Positions 37,501 to 46,815 of a stretch of 46,815 bases of DNA are shown here, piece after piece (within the stretch, counting starts at the first letter, position 1; every line of letters starts with the position of its first letter). Location: the NCBI GenBank assembly GCA_043788645.1, contig JAYVTS010000253.1, positions 1 to 46,815 of the forward strand, written 5' to 3'. The notes below the pieces were generated by a model. It worked only from the letters and a program-made list of their open reading frames with translations. It was not told the origin of the DNA and searched no databases. This stretch comes from Verrucomicrobiota bacterium. GTDB taxonomy: Bacteria; Verrucomicrobiota; Verrucomicrobiia; Limisphaerales; UBA9464. Position numbers and translations under genes: made by a program.

Positions 37501-39998
37501 TACTTAGAGGTGGGCGATAGAGCTGGGCTTGTGACTGGATTTGTTGGAGTCGCTACCGCTGCCGTTTCTTTTTCGGGTGCCAGGACCGTTAAGATCACCG
37601 GTTGGGTCCGTGGGTGATAGATTCGATCTCTATTCGTGATGCTACCGACGACGATCAACGGGTATTCCTTCCCCTTTTCGGCTTGGTCGCTGACCACTAA
37701 TTTAATGGTAGCTTCATTCGCCGACTCCGGGATCGGCACCACCGTTGCGAGTACCCCGGGAGGCAAATCCTCCAAAATCAGCGGTATCTGATTGGTCAGG
37801 CCTCGGCGATCTGACTTGACGACAAACTCGGTTTGATTGGCTTCAGATTTTGCTCCTGCCGGTAGGGCGACGGCTGAGAGTTTGACGGGGTCGGTCCGGA
37901 AAAAAGAGGAACCGGGAAGCATCGCCGTGAGGAACACCGGGATGCCTTGGGTCGTCAGGGGAATGGGCAGAGCGGCGTAATCCACGATCAAAATCCCATG
38001 ATTGGTTGCTTCGGCCCGGACCATGAGGGGGCGGGTTCCGACCGCCGAGTTATAGGCGGCGTTCAGGACGAGTTTGGCGCGGGCTTGACCGCTCGGAATC
38101 GTCACACTCGGTTGTCCCATTCCAGCGAACTCTTCAGCAATGACCTTGATTTCTCCGGCAAACTCCGTCCGACGCAGGACAGCGACGTCGAGGGATAGAC
38201 TTGCATTTTGCTCCACTTGACCGGCGGAATCCGCGATCAGCAGCCCGAACGGAGCGGCGGGTAATACGGTAAGAAAACCCAATTCAGGGAGGACGACATC
38301 TTGTTTTAGGGTGGCGCCGTTTTGTTCGGCCGACGCGGTCAGATGGAGCGGGAAACTGCCGAGCGGGACGTCGTCATCTGGGCTGAGGACGAGCCAGCCG
38401 AAATTGGCTCCCTTCGGATCTAATACCACTGTATTCGCGCTGATACCGAGGGGCAATCTGTCGGCGCGGACGGTGACAATTCCGTCGAGCCCATTACGAC
38501 GCTCGACCTCGACGCGGACGGGGGTATGGCCACCGGCGTGGAGTCGCAATCGGCCGACACTGGCTTTCACCGTGAAATTCGGCGTCACCGTGGGCGGTTG
38601 AAGGGTGAGACGGTAACCGAAGGATTCTCCGCCGCGATCAGTCAAATCCCGGAGGGTAACGAAGTACTCTTGGCCGACCTTAAACTCCGCCTCGATTCGA
38701 GCATCTGGTCCGCTGGCGCTATCGTCGTTCTGTTGGAGCACGGCTCCTTTCGAGTCGGTGAGGGTGAGTAAGACATCCAGGGGCGATCCGAAACGGCGGG
38801 CGTGTACTTCGATGACTAATTTTTGATCACGTTCCACCTTAAATCGAAAAGTATCCGTATCTTTCGGCGTGCCAATCAGGCCATTGATTGCCATTGGAAT
38901 CACCAGGGCGTTGGCTTGCTCCTGGGTATCATTTGGCTCGGTTTCGTTGGCGTCCGGAAGATCGCTGGCTTCAAACGGGAGGGGGTTAGAGTGTCCAATC
39001 GGCGTTACGGCTCGAAGGTCTTGGCGTCCGAGAGGAGCGTCGGCCGCGAGGTTCAAGGACATTTGATGGACGCCTTCTAGGTTTTTTCCGGTAAACCGAA
39101 CCTCAACGGTGGTCCCTCGACGGCCTCCGAACGGAAACAAAGTTTCTAAATAGGGGAGGACTCCCGCGACGAGTCGATACCGATAGTCCGCGCCTCCTTG
39201 GAAGCGGAGATCGCTGAGCTTTAGGAAATAGTCGGCTTCGAGGATCGGGGTAAATTCGAGGAAGGGATCCAGGCCATGAACATCGTCGCTGCGGGCGAGT
39301 TCTTTTCCCATGGCATCCAATAGGAGCAGCGTGGGATCCAAGGGCGAACCCGTGCGATTGGCTTGCACGTCGAAACTCAGATTTTCTCCGGGGCGCCCGT
39401 GGAATTTGAAATAATCTGCTTCCGTGGCTCGCCCAATGACCCCGCTGATCGCGCAGGGAAGGGCCAAAGTCTGGGCTTTTGCTAACGTGTCGTTGGATTC
39501 TTGTTCGACGACCTCCAGCACGTCGCTGACCTGGATCTTTTGGCCGTTGGAAACCCCATTGGGGCTGACGAGACGGAGTTCTTGGGCACCGAGCGGGGCC
39601 GATGCGGAGACGATCAAACGGGCTTGAGCGGATTGGGTGGAGGGCAGGGCAGGGGCGGCGATCAGTCCACCGCCGGAAGCTTCGAGTGTGATTTGATGGG
39701 TCGCAGGAAGGACGAGCGAACCGGTGATACCCAGGCCGGTCAAATGGAGGGTGGAACCGGCCTGGAAACCCGCTCCGCTCAAGGTGATCTCGTTGGTGGT
39801 TCCGCGCTGAAACCAAGTCAGCGATAGAGAATCGATCTTGGGCGCCGACTGCCCGCGGGCGGTTGGCCAAGGCGAAAGGATCACCAGGCCGAGGCTGAGT
39901 GAGACCACCACGCTGGGGCTGCTTCGAGGAAGCCATTTCGGGAGCACGACGGAGTCTGCCTCAATACAGGGTTCCGATGCAACCCGCTTTGGACGCAT
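37500..39998 (-). CDS. Pre-peptidase C-terminal (PPC) repeat protein, secreted
   Basis: Two E.E.NDT...A + GSPLD..L.L.D..G modules; QRGTT / GGRRGTT; TAATG coupling to cytochrome gene; track start 40100 lies inside a repeat. Confidence 0.85.
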   Translation of the reverse strand: MRPKRVASEPCIEADSVVLPKWLPRSSPSVVVSLSLGLVILSPWPTARGQSAPKIDSLSLTWFQRGTTNEITLSGAGFQAGSTLHLTGLGITGSLVLPATHQITLEASGGGLIAAPALPSTQSAQARLIVSASAPLGAQELRLVSPNGVSNGQKIQVSDVLEVVEQESNDTLAKAQTLALPCAISGVIGRATEADYFKFHGRPGENLSFDVQANRTGSPLDPTLLLLDAMGKELARSDDVHGLDPFLEFTPILEADYFLKLSDLRFQGGADYRYRLVAGVLPYLETLFPFGGRRGTTVEVRFTGKNLEGVHQMSLNLAADAPLGRQDLRAVTPIGHSNPLPFEASDLPDANETEPNDTQEQANALVIPMAINGLIGTPKDTDTFRFKVERDQKLVIEVHARRFGSPLDVLLTLTDSKGAVLQQNDDSASGPDARIEAEFKVGQEYFVTLRDLTDRGGESFGYRLTLQPPTVTPNFTVKASVGRLRLHAGGHTPVRVEVERRNGLDGIVTVRADRLPLGISANTVVLDPKGANFGWLVLSPDDDVPLGSFPLHLTASAEQNGATLKQDVVLPELGFLTVLPAAPFGLLIADSAGQVEQNASLSLDVAVLRRTEFAGEIKVIAEEFAGMGQPSVTIPSGQARAKLVLNAAYNSAVGTRPLMVRAEATNHGILIVDYAALPIPLTTQGIPVFLTAMLPGSSFFRTDPVKLSAVALPAGAKSEANQTEFVVKSDRRGLTNQIPLILEDLPPGVLATVVPIPESANEATIKLVVSDQAEKGKEYPLIVVGSITNRDRIYHPRTQPVILTVLAPEKETAAVATPTNPVTSPALSPTSK

Positions 39999-40006
39999 AC
40001 TGATCT

Positions 40007-40187
40007 TAGCCCGGAAGGTCCTATCCTTTCGGCTGCGACTTGCTACGAGCCCGTCGGGCGGCGTCGGCCTCGCGTTCCGAGCCGGGCAGGATGTTTTCAC
40101 ACAGCCCGGCTCTGAATCGCTTCGGCCGCCTTGCCAGACGGGCTTTCGCTGCGTCTCGCGACGAAAACCGATGAACGATCCGGGCTA
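40007..40187. mobile_element. MITE-like element, family B copy 1 (~180 bp)
   Basis: Terminal inverted repeat TAGCCCGGA/TCCGGGCTA; interior colinear with 44714-44881. Confidence 0.7.
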
Positions 40188-40900
40188 TTCGCGAAAAGTA
40201 AATTCCCCGCGCCAATCAATTCGGTAGGCACGGCCATGGGTGAGGAGCGTGACGTCCAGTTTCAACGCCTCGCCCGCATGAAGTGGACCCCTTCCCAACA
40301 ACTCCGTAGGAATCTCTAAGGCCGCCACGTTGGCGACATGGTTGCCCAATCCGGAGGAATTTTCCACCCGCACGCGGGGCTCGCTGGCCAGTGGCTCCCG
40401 GCCCGCACCGAGGCGGACGGAAGTAATCTCACGGCCATAGAATGCGGAAAACATGGCCGTCAGCTCGGTATAAGGTCGGTCCGAGACATCCACGAGGCCG
40501 AAGTTGTAGTTTTCTCCGTCATCGCGACCGTGGGTGGGTTCATCGCTATATTGAAACCAGTCGGCCCCGACCACAAACGGAAGCCGGGCGAGACCCGAGA
40601 GGGTTCGCTGAGCCGCAGCGGTCCGTTCAACCTGCGTGGTCACGATCGGAAAGCCGGACGATGAATTGAGATTCCCGCTGCGATTCTCTTTCGCTGCGAG
40701 ATAAAATTCACTAACAATGATCGGCCGGTTCGCCAGGGCGTGCAGGGTGGCCAAATAGCTGCGGAGAAAGGTCCCATCGGCGAATTGTGCATTCAGGTTG
40801 CTCGAGGAGACGTCGACGTGCCGCGCCGAGGCTTCGACTACTTCCGGGTAGTAGAAGGATTGATACCGGTCGCCGAGAAACAAAGCCCGGCGATCCTCGA
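40185..40900 (-). pseudogene. 5'-truncated GH-A clan (agarase/GH50-like) glycoside hydrolase remnant
   Basis: RPIIVSEF nucleophile motif, VGADWFQYSDEP..GR.DGENYNFGLVDV.DRPY; N-terminal half of barrel absent. Confidence 0.65.
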
Positions 40901-40971
40901 CCGTTATGTGAGTGGAGAGGGCTCGCACGGACTTGCCGGGGCGGGAGTCAGGCACTACAACCGGCGCGCAC

Positions 40972-42144
40972 ATGTCGGAAAATATCGAACTAACCATTGT
41001 CATGCCTTGCCTGAACGAGGCAGAGACGCTGGCTACCTGCATTCGTAAAGCCCATGCGGGCCTCAAAGCCGCGGGCATTGCCGGGGAGGTATTGATCGCG
41101 GACAACGGCTCCACGGATGGCTCGATTGAGATTGCCGGCCAGGAAGGCGCTCGGGTTGAACATGTGAAAGCCAAAGGCTATGGCAATGCGCTCCGGGGCG
41201 GCATTGACGCAGCCCGCAGCCCGTGGATCATGATGGGAGATTCGGACGATTCTTACGACTTTTCTAACATTACCGGATTTATTCAAAAGCTGCGCGAGGG
41301 GAACGAACTCGTCATGGGTTGTCGGCTGCCCAATGGGGGCGGCACCATCGCTCCCGGGGCTATGCCTTGGAAAAATCGCTGGCTGGGCAACCCCGTGCTG
41401 TCGTTCATCGGCCGACTTTTGTTCAAAACGCCCATTCACGATTTCCATTGTGGAATGCGGGCGTTTTCGGCGGAAGGATACCGGAAAATGGATCTTCAAA
41501 CCACCGGGATGGAATTCGCTTCGGAGATGGTGATGAAATCGCAGCTCAAAGGTCTGCGGATGGCTGAGGTGCCGATCACGTTGCATCCAGATGGCCGATC
41601 ACGTCCCCCTCACCTCAAGCCCTGGCGAGATGGTTGGCGCCATTTGCGGTTCATGCTGATTTATTCGCCTAAGTGGCTCTTTTTTGTGCCCGGCGTGGTA
41701 TTGGGGGCACTGGGATCCCTCACCATGCTGGCGGTTTTGGGCGGTTTCGGCAATCTCGGCGGTGTAACGTTGGATGTGGGGACCCTCGTGATTGCCAGCA
41801 TGGCGATGATTTTGGGTAACCAATTGGTGGCCCAAGCCTTCTACGCGAAGGTTTTTGCCGTGGGCGAAGGGCTGTTGCCCAACGACCCTGCGTTTGCCGG
41901 GTTGTTCAAGAAGTGGAACCTGGAGAAGGGGTGCGTGCTCGGGGCGCTCCTCACCTTGGCGGGACTTGGAATCCTGGCCTGGGCCATTTGGGCTTGGAGA
42001 GACGCGCACTTCGGCCCTTTGGATTATAGCGCCAATTTACGTCGGCTGATCCCTGGGGCCACCATCACCATCCTGGGGTTGCAGACTATTTTTAGTAGCT
42101 TTCACCTCAGCGTTTTGGGCTTGAAAACATTGGGGCGGAAGTAG
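40972..42144 (+). CDS. GT2 polyprenol-phosphate glycosyltransferase (DPM1-like) with C-terminal TM region
   Basis: IVMPCLNEA, ADNGSTDGS, GYGNAL, MGDSDDSYD, DFHCGMR, WRDGWRHL. Confidence 0.92.
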   Translation: MSENIELTIVMPCLNEAETLATCIRKAHAGLKAAGIAGEVLIADNGSTDGSIEIAGQEGARVEHVKAKGYGNALRGGIDAARSPWIMMGDSDDSYDFSNITGFIQKLREGNELVMGCRLPNGGGTIAPGAMPWKNRWLGNPVLSFIGRLLFKTPIHDFHCGMRAFSAEGYRKMDLQTTGMEFASEMVMKSQLKGLRMAEVPITLHPDGRSRPPHLKPWRDGWRHLRFMLIYSPKWLFFVPGVVLGALGSLTMLAVLGGFGNLGGVTLDVGTLVIASMAMILGNQLVAQAFYAKVFAVGEGLLPNDPAFAGLFKKWNLEKGCVLGALLTLAGLGILAWAIWAWRDAHFGPLDYSANLRRLIPGATITILGLQTIFSSFHLSVLGLKTLGRK

Positions 42145-42285
42145 AAACAGCGGAATGAGGCCTGAAAAAATGGGTTCAGACCGTGCCCTCCGCCGCCAAG
42201 GCTAGGTCAGGATAGCCCGAGGATTTCGCCGGGTTTTCTCTCAGCATCTTTGACCTGCGCGTGCGCCCCCCTACGGTAGCCGCCC

Positions 42286-43335
42286 ATGGCGGTTTCCGCC
42301 CTTACCCCTCCACCGGTTCCGCTGCTGTCCACTCTGGACGCCGTCGCGGCCGTAACTGCTTGGGAAGATATCGTTGGCCCGGTCCGTGGATTCTTAGGGC
42401 GGGTGAACGAACAATTGGCGGCGCAGGTCGCCGCGTTTGAACCGGAACTGGCCGAATATGCCCGGTACGCTCTGGACAATCAGGGCAAACAAATCCGCCC
42501 AGTCTTGGTCGCGCTCGCCGGGGGTTGCACTGGACCTCAGAACGACGAATTAATCACGATCGCCGTCATTATCGAAATGGTCCATTTGGCCACGCTCGTT
42601 CATGATGACATTATGGACGGGGCCTCGATTCGCCGAGGACGTGCGACCTTGGCCGCCAAGTGGGGGAACGAAGTATCGGTGCTGCTGGGGGACTGTCTTT
42701 TTGCCCAAGCCTTGAGCCTAGCCTGTGGGTTTAAAGATGCGTCCGTACCGCGAGCGGTGGCCAAAGCCACGCAGATCGTCTGTACCGGCGAGATATTGCA
42801 GACACAACGTCGGCGGAAATGGCAACTGCCCCGCACCGAGTACTTTCGGCTGTTGGAGATGAAAACGGCCGAACTGTTTGCGCTGGCCTGTGAGCAAGGC
42901 TCGCGCCTGACCGGTGGCCACCCGGCCCAGGCGGCCGCTTTGCGCCGGTATGGGCTGGCGTTGGGAACGGCCTACCAGGTTTACGATGATGTCCTCGATC
43001 TTTACGGAGCAGAGACCAAAGCCGGGAAATCTCTCGGAACGGACTTGGCGAAGGGGAAGCCGACGTTGCCGGTGTTGCATGTCCTGGAGACCGCGCCGGG
43101 ACCGGATCGGGCACTTCTCTTGGGCTGGCTAACGGATTGGCACCCAGGGCATGTAAGTGAAGTTCGACTCCTCTTGGAAGCGCACGGAGCTTTACGCGAG
43201 TGTCGCCGGGTGATTGATGGGTTGCTTCAGGACGCCCGCAAGGCTCTAGACGATCTCCCCCCAACCCCTGAACGGCGAGCTCTGGATCGTTTTACCGCAT
43301 TTTTATCTCAACAAACCGCGACGTTGGTTGTCTGA
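42286..43335 (+). CDS. Long-chain polyprenyl diphosphate synthase (IspB/HepT family)
   Basis: GKQIRP, LVHDDIMD...RRG, GDCL, KTAELF, QVYDDVLD, DLAKGKPTLP. Confidence 0.92.
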   Translation: MAVSALTPPPVPLLSTLDAVAAVTAWEDIVGPVRGFLGRVNEQLAAQVAAFEPELAEYARYALDNQGKQIRPVLVALAGGCTGPQNDELITIAVIIEMVHLATLVHDDIMDGASIRRGRATLAAKWGNEVSVLLGDCLFAQALSLACGFKDASVPRAVAKATQIVCTGEILQTQRRRKWQLPRTEYFRLLEMKTAELFALACEQGSRLTGGHPAQAAALRRYGLALGTAYQVYDDVLDLYGAETKAGKSLGTDLAKGKPTLPVLHVLETAPGPDRALLLGWLTDWHPGHVSEVRLLLEAHGALRECRRVIDGLLQDARKALDDLPPTPERRALDRFTAFLSQQTATLVV

Positions 43336-44052
43336 ATGGTCATGGCAGCTGTTGCATTGGGTGGATTCATGTCATTCCCGCTCGATACCGCCGAACCTCG
43401 GGTTTCCACACCGCGAGATTCAGCGAGCGCGACCCTGGGCGGGCAAGGGGCTCGTGGGTCAGCTGAAGACATCGCGGAACGAGAATTAGTCAGGGCCTTG
43501 GTTCAGCGCGCTCAGCGGGGTGATTTGGCGGCTTATGACGACCTGATTCGCAAGTATCAAGAGCGGATCTACGGGTTGGCCTACCATTTGACCTCCAACC
43601 ACGAAGAAGCCAACGATATTGCGCAAGAGACCTTTATTAAGGCTTGGAAGGCGTTGCGTGGCTTCAAGGGCGACGCGAGTTTTTACACTTGGTTATATCG
43701 GATTGCTTACAACCACACGCTGAATTATCTCAAGTCGCGACGGGTACGGACACCGCATCTTTCACTGAATGATTTGGATGTCAACACCGAGAACGATCCT
43801 GATTTGGTGGCCTTGGCATCGGACCGCACCCCTCTGCGGGAGGCTAATTTGGGTGAACTTTCGGAGCGACTGAACGTTGCCCTGCAAAAGTTGTCTGAAG
43901 AACATCGCACGGTCGTGACGCTCCACGATATTGAGGGGATGCCCCATGAAGAAATTGCGCGGATTGTGGGTGTGAACTCCGGAACGGTTCGCTCACGTTT
44001 GCACTATGCCCGCCAGCAATTACAGGGCTGGTTGTCGGACCTTTGGAAATAA
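43336..44052 (+). CDS. ECF sigma-70 factor (RpoE/SigW-like); start may be 43369
   Basis: AQRGDLAAYDDL, DIAQETFIKAW, FYTWLYRIA.N, EEIA....GTVRSRLHYAR. Confidence 0.93.
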   Translation: MVMAAVALGGFMSFPLDTAEPRVSTPRDSASATLGGQGARGSAEDIAERELVRALVQRAQRGDLAAYDDLIRKYQERIYGLAYHLTSNHEEANDIAQETFIKAWKALRGFKGDASFYTWLYRIAYNHTLNYLKSRRVRTPHLSLNDLDVNTENDPDLVALASDRTPLREANLGELSERLNVALQKLSEEHRTVVTLHDIEGMPHEEIARIVGVNSGTVRSRLHYARQQLQGWLSDLWK

Positions 44053-44131
44053 ATTTTGCATCAAATTTTTTCGCCGACGGCAATGCGGGTGCAATGCCGT
44101 CCGCCGATCAAAATGGTCAAGTAAGTAAAAT

Positions 44132-44710
44132 ATGGGATCCACTGAAGAGGAATTCGCTGAAGTCCGTCGGCTCTTAGTTCTGAAGCGCCGCGAACAACCG
44201 CCGCCGGGCTATTTTAGTACTTTTGCGGGGAAGGTGGTCGCCCGGATCGAGGCCGAAGGACTTGCCCAGCGTCGTCCGTGGTGGGTTCGATTTTTTTCAC
44301 CTGCCGAATGGGTGCCTGCGGGGGCGGGGGCCAATACCGCAGTGTTTGCGGGATTAGCCGTCTTGGGTGGCACGACTTTGTTTTTCAAGAATCGTTTCGA
44401 GCGCAGAAGTCCGATGCTTTCGCCAAATCTATCTGCTCAACCGGGGCGGGGTTCTGCGCTCGTTGGTAGTTCCTCCCTCCTCATTTCCCCCAATGCGACG
44501 GTGAATTCCGGAGATTTCCTCGGCTCGGCTTTTGGAGGGTTGGTGCGGATTCACCCGGAATCACAATTCCGCCTCCGCCGTCCATCGGTGCAGGAACGGG
44601 TTGAGCGGCTGAACGACGATCAAGTCCCCGCTAGCCTTTTTGAACCTTGGAATGACCCCTCGGTTTCGTTCCCGACGAGTATCGTCCACTTTGTCGAAAG
44701 CCCGCGTTAA
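44132..44710 (+). CDS. Putative single-pass anti-sigma factor
   Basis: Directly after ECF sigma; LKRREQPPPGYF N-terminal motif followed by one hydrophobic segment. Confidence 0.55.
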   Translation: MGSTEEEFAEVRRLLVLKRREQPPPGYFSTFAGKVVARIEAEGLAQRRPWWVRFFSPAEWVPAGAGANTAVFAGLAVLGGTTLFFKNRFERRSPMLSPNLSAQPGRGSALVGSSSLLISPNATVNSGDFLGSAFGGLVRIHPESQFRLRRPSVQERVERLNDDQVPASLFEPWNDPSVSFPTSIVHFVESPR

Positions 44711-44713
44711 TCC

Positions 44714-44881
44714 CGGCCGAATATTTCATTCTCTTTCTGCGAGCCCGGCTGGCGGCGTTGGCTTCGCGTTCCGATTTGGCAAGTATGGATTCATTTAGCC
44801 TGGCTCGGAATTGTTGCGAGCGCCTGGCCAGACGAGCTCTCGCTGCATCGCGCGACCAAAGAGCATGAAATATCCGGGCCG
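44714..44881. mobile_element. MITE-like element, family B copy 2
   Basis: Imperfect TIR CGGCCGAATATTTCAT / ATGAAATATCCGGGCCG; shares CGAGCCCG..GGCGGCGT.GGC.TCGCGTTCCGA and GCCAGACG.GCT.TCGCTGC.TC.CGCGAC with 40007-40187. Confidence 0.7.
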
Positions 44882-45015
44882 TGTTAGCTAGCGGTCCGCC
44901 ATGAAACTGGCGGGAAAAACCGCGGAACCTTGCTGATTCCGCCGTCACCCGCAGGCGAGCTCAAGATCGCCAAAACTCTGAGTTTCCCCTGCCCGGCTTT
45001 CAACTGCGATCCGGG

Positions 45016-45171
45016 CTAGGCCCTCCTGCCGAATCCGCCCATCATAAAAACGACCAGGCAGATAACCAGAATGACGCCAAGGCCGCCGCCGCCAATCATG
45101 GGACCACCAAGGTAAAAACCGCCGCCACCGAACAAGAGAAGCAAAATAAGAATTAGTAGTATCGGATTCAC
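45016..45171 (-). CDS. Small Gly-rich membrane protein (DUF3309-like), 51 aa, absent from ORF track
   Basis: GTG..TAG: MNPILLILILLLLFGGGGFYLGGPMIGGGGLGVILVICLVVFMMGGFGRRA. Confidence 0.75.
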   Translation of the reverse strand: MNPILLILILLLLFGGGGFYLGGPMIGGGGLGVILVICLVVFMMGGFGRRA

Positions 45172-45284
45172 CCCGTTTGGTTAACGCACCATCACAATCG
45201 CCACCATGGGGTGTTCACCCCATCCTCTCATTCCGTAGGTACCCACCCACGCCCATTCACCATTCACTAGACAGCTCGGGTTAC

Positions 45285-45428
45285 ACCCCATTCTACGCCG
45301 CAGAAGAATATCATCAGGATTACTACAAAAAGAATCCCGTGCGCTATAAATTCTACCGCTCACGCTGCCATCGTGACCAACGGCTGGAGAAGCTGTGGGG
45401 CAAGCCCGCCGCCAAGGCGAAACCGTGA
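45285..45428 (+). pseudogene. msrA: C-terminal remnant of methionine sulfoxide reductase A
   Basis: FYAAEEYHQDYYKKNPVRYKFYR..C.RDQRL..LWG; GCFW active-site half missing. Confidence 0.8.
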
Positions 45429-45535
45429 ACAGCAAGACTGGATTTTTATTTCGCTTGGTTCGGACTTCTGTGTGGGCCGGGACTAAGCGTCCCAGCCCAC
45501 ACTACTTGCGAAGTTACTCACTGGCTATCGTTCGC

Positions 45536-46042
45536 CTAATGGCCCTTATGAGTTCTCTCCAACCGTTGCCAAGCGTCGCGGGTGGCGTTCTTAGCCTTTT
45601 CCCAGGCTACGCTGGAACTTCCTTTGGATTTTTCGTAATCCCGCTGCAAGTCCACTTCTGCTTGCTCAAATTTCCGATCAGGATAGCGGGTGAATCCCTC
45701 GTAACCAGTCCGGTAGGCGGGCCGGTATTGGTCATAGGTAACGTTTTTCTCCGCGTAAGGACGCTTCGGGTAATTGTCCTTCCAGTATCCATCTTCCATC
45801 GTCGGATCGATTTTCTCCGCGACGCCTTTGCCCGCCAAACAGCCAACGACCGCGCCCGCTACCAATCCGACCGCTGCGCCAATGGGACCGGCCATCGCGC
45901 CGACGGCCGCACCTGCTGCCCCGCCGCTCGCCGCGCCCACGCCGGTCCCCACGGGATGCGCCCCCGGCGCTCCTGTAATCGGATCGCGATGAGCGTCCGT
46001 CTCTTTCTCACTGATTTTTCGATTCGTATTTTCAGTTCTCAT
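45536..46042 (-). CDS. Glycine-zipper hypothetical protein, probably stress-related
   Basis: DPITGAPGAHPVGTGVGA, GxxxG zipper, EDGYW..NY..RPY, WEKAK.ATRDAW. Confidence 0.85.
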   Translation of the reverse strand: MRTENTNRKISEKETDAHRDPITGAPGAHPVGTGVGAASGGAAGAAVGAMAGPIGAAVGLVAGAVVGCLAGKGVAEKIDPTMEDGYWKDNYPKRPYAEKNVTYDQYRPAYRTGYEGFTRYPDRKFEQAEVDLQRDYEKSKGSSSVAWEKAKNATRDAWQRLERTHKGH

Positions 46043-46151
46043 ACGGTTTGCTTTTTTTGCCCATCTTGCGTTGTGCCGCTTAACGGGCGCTTTGGATTTG
46101 TTTTACTGCCAAATTGCTCTTTCACCTCGACAATGCATGGTTTCCCTGATT

Positions 46152-46757
46152 TTAAACATTCCGTGCTCTTGGGGAAGATTTCCCGCCTGAGCGCGAATTC
46201 GGGGCTGTTTTCATACCTTTGCCCGACCCAACTGGCTCGCCATCGAGGGCTTCTTCATTGTTCCCGTTGCGAGCCACTTCCGTGAGCGTCTCGTTCGCGG
46301 CCCTTTCCTCCGCCAAAATCTCCTGGAGAAGAGCGGCTGCCTCGTCGTGACCGAGCAGGCCGACCCATTCGTGGAGACACCCATAAGAAGCAATCTCGTA
46401 ATGCTCCACTTTCTGACCGGCGGAAATGAGAGCAGCGTTAATGGCAGGCGAGCCTTTGAAGTCCGCGGCGATTTCGTCGGCCTCCTTCAGCAATCCGACG
46501 GTGGCTTCACACTTCTTCCCCGTGGCGTTTTCGCCAATGGATACGAAGACCTTTTCCAGTTTTTCAATCTGCCCCTGCGTTTCCTTGAGATGCTTTTCGA
46601 GGGCCGCTTGCAGATCAGAGCAGGTGGCCGCTTTAATCAACTTCGGCAGGGCACGCACGATCCGGTGTTCGGCGTCATACATGTCGTTCAGTGCGGGGGG
46701 CGGAATGAAAACCCTACAAAACCGGCGGTTTGAAAAGCGGTTATTTTCTTCCTGCAT
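46152..46757 (-). CDS. yciF: YciE/YciF (DUF892) ferritin-like protein; N-terminus atypical, possibly truncated
   Basis: DMYDAE...ALPKL, H..ET..Q, KKCEA..GL..EA, QKVEHYEIASYG, IL.EE. Confidence 0.85.
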   Translation of the reverse strand: MQEENNRFSNRRFCRVFIPPPALNDMYDAEHRIVRALPKLIKAATCSDLQAALEKHLKETQGQIEKLEKVFVSIGENATGKKCEATVGLLKEADEIAADFKGSPAINAALISAGQKVEHYEIASYGCLHEWVGLLGHDEAAALLQEILAEERAANETLTEVARNGNNEEALDGEPVGSGKGMKTAPNSRSGGKSSPRARNV

Positions 46758-46815
46758 TTTCTTCCAAAGCTTCAGCTAAATCTCTTCTTCCTTCTTCCTC
46801 CGTTTTCTTCGGCGA
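46741..46815 (-). CDS. Possible 3' end of a gene entering from outside the window
   Basis: Open frame SPKKTEEEGRRDLAEALEENAGRK* from the window edge. Confidence 0.35.
   Translation of the reverse strand, partial: SPKKTEEEGRRDLAEALEENAGRK

Noticed and set aside
39999-40100. N-terminal extension of the 866-aa PPC ORF
   Set aside because: Lies inside the MITE-like repeat; the signal-like segment starts later
40900-41174. N-terminal part of the 329-aa minus ORF
   Set aside because: Antisense shadow of the GT2 gene; GH-like sequence starts only near 40900

Overview
A GC-rich bacterial chromosomal window whose gene content suggests a Verrucomicrobiota/PVC organism (CRTAC1/ASPIC pair, planctomycete-type cytochrome c-WD40, PPC-repeat protein, trypsin-SirB1 fusion); the taxonomy is inference. 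About 30 intact-looking CDSs include ComEC, DUF72, a sigma54 regulator, COG0523+WD40, Fsr MFS, a Ski2-like helicase, YhbY, an RfaE-type adenylyltransferase, GT2, polyprenyl synthase and an ECF sigma/anti-sigma pair. The best candidate for an undescribed system is the minus-strand operon at 12447-17073: cytoplasmic GH84 O-GlcNAcase, coupled GNAT, DegT/RifK-type aminotransferase, and an orphan Chb-family PTS EIIC with the conserved His replaced by Asn. Non-coding signals include a probable group II intron remnant (11.1-11.4 kb), a terminator/antiterminator leader ahead of fsr, a ~430 bp AT-rich promoter island, a candidate Zur box and two dispersed repeat families. Several gene relics look deletion-scarred (TA module, GH fragment, msrA tail, chimeric ORF). 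No rRNA, tRNA or CRISPR array was recognised.
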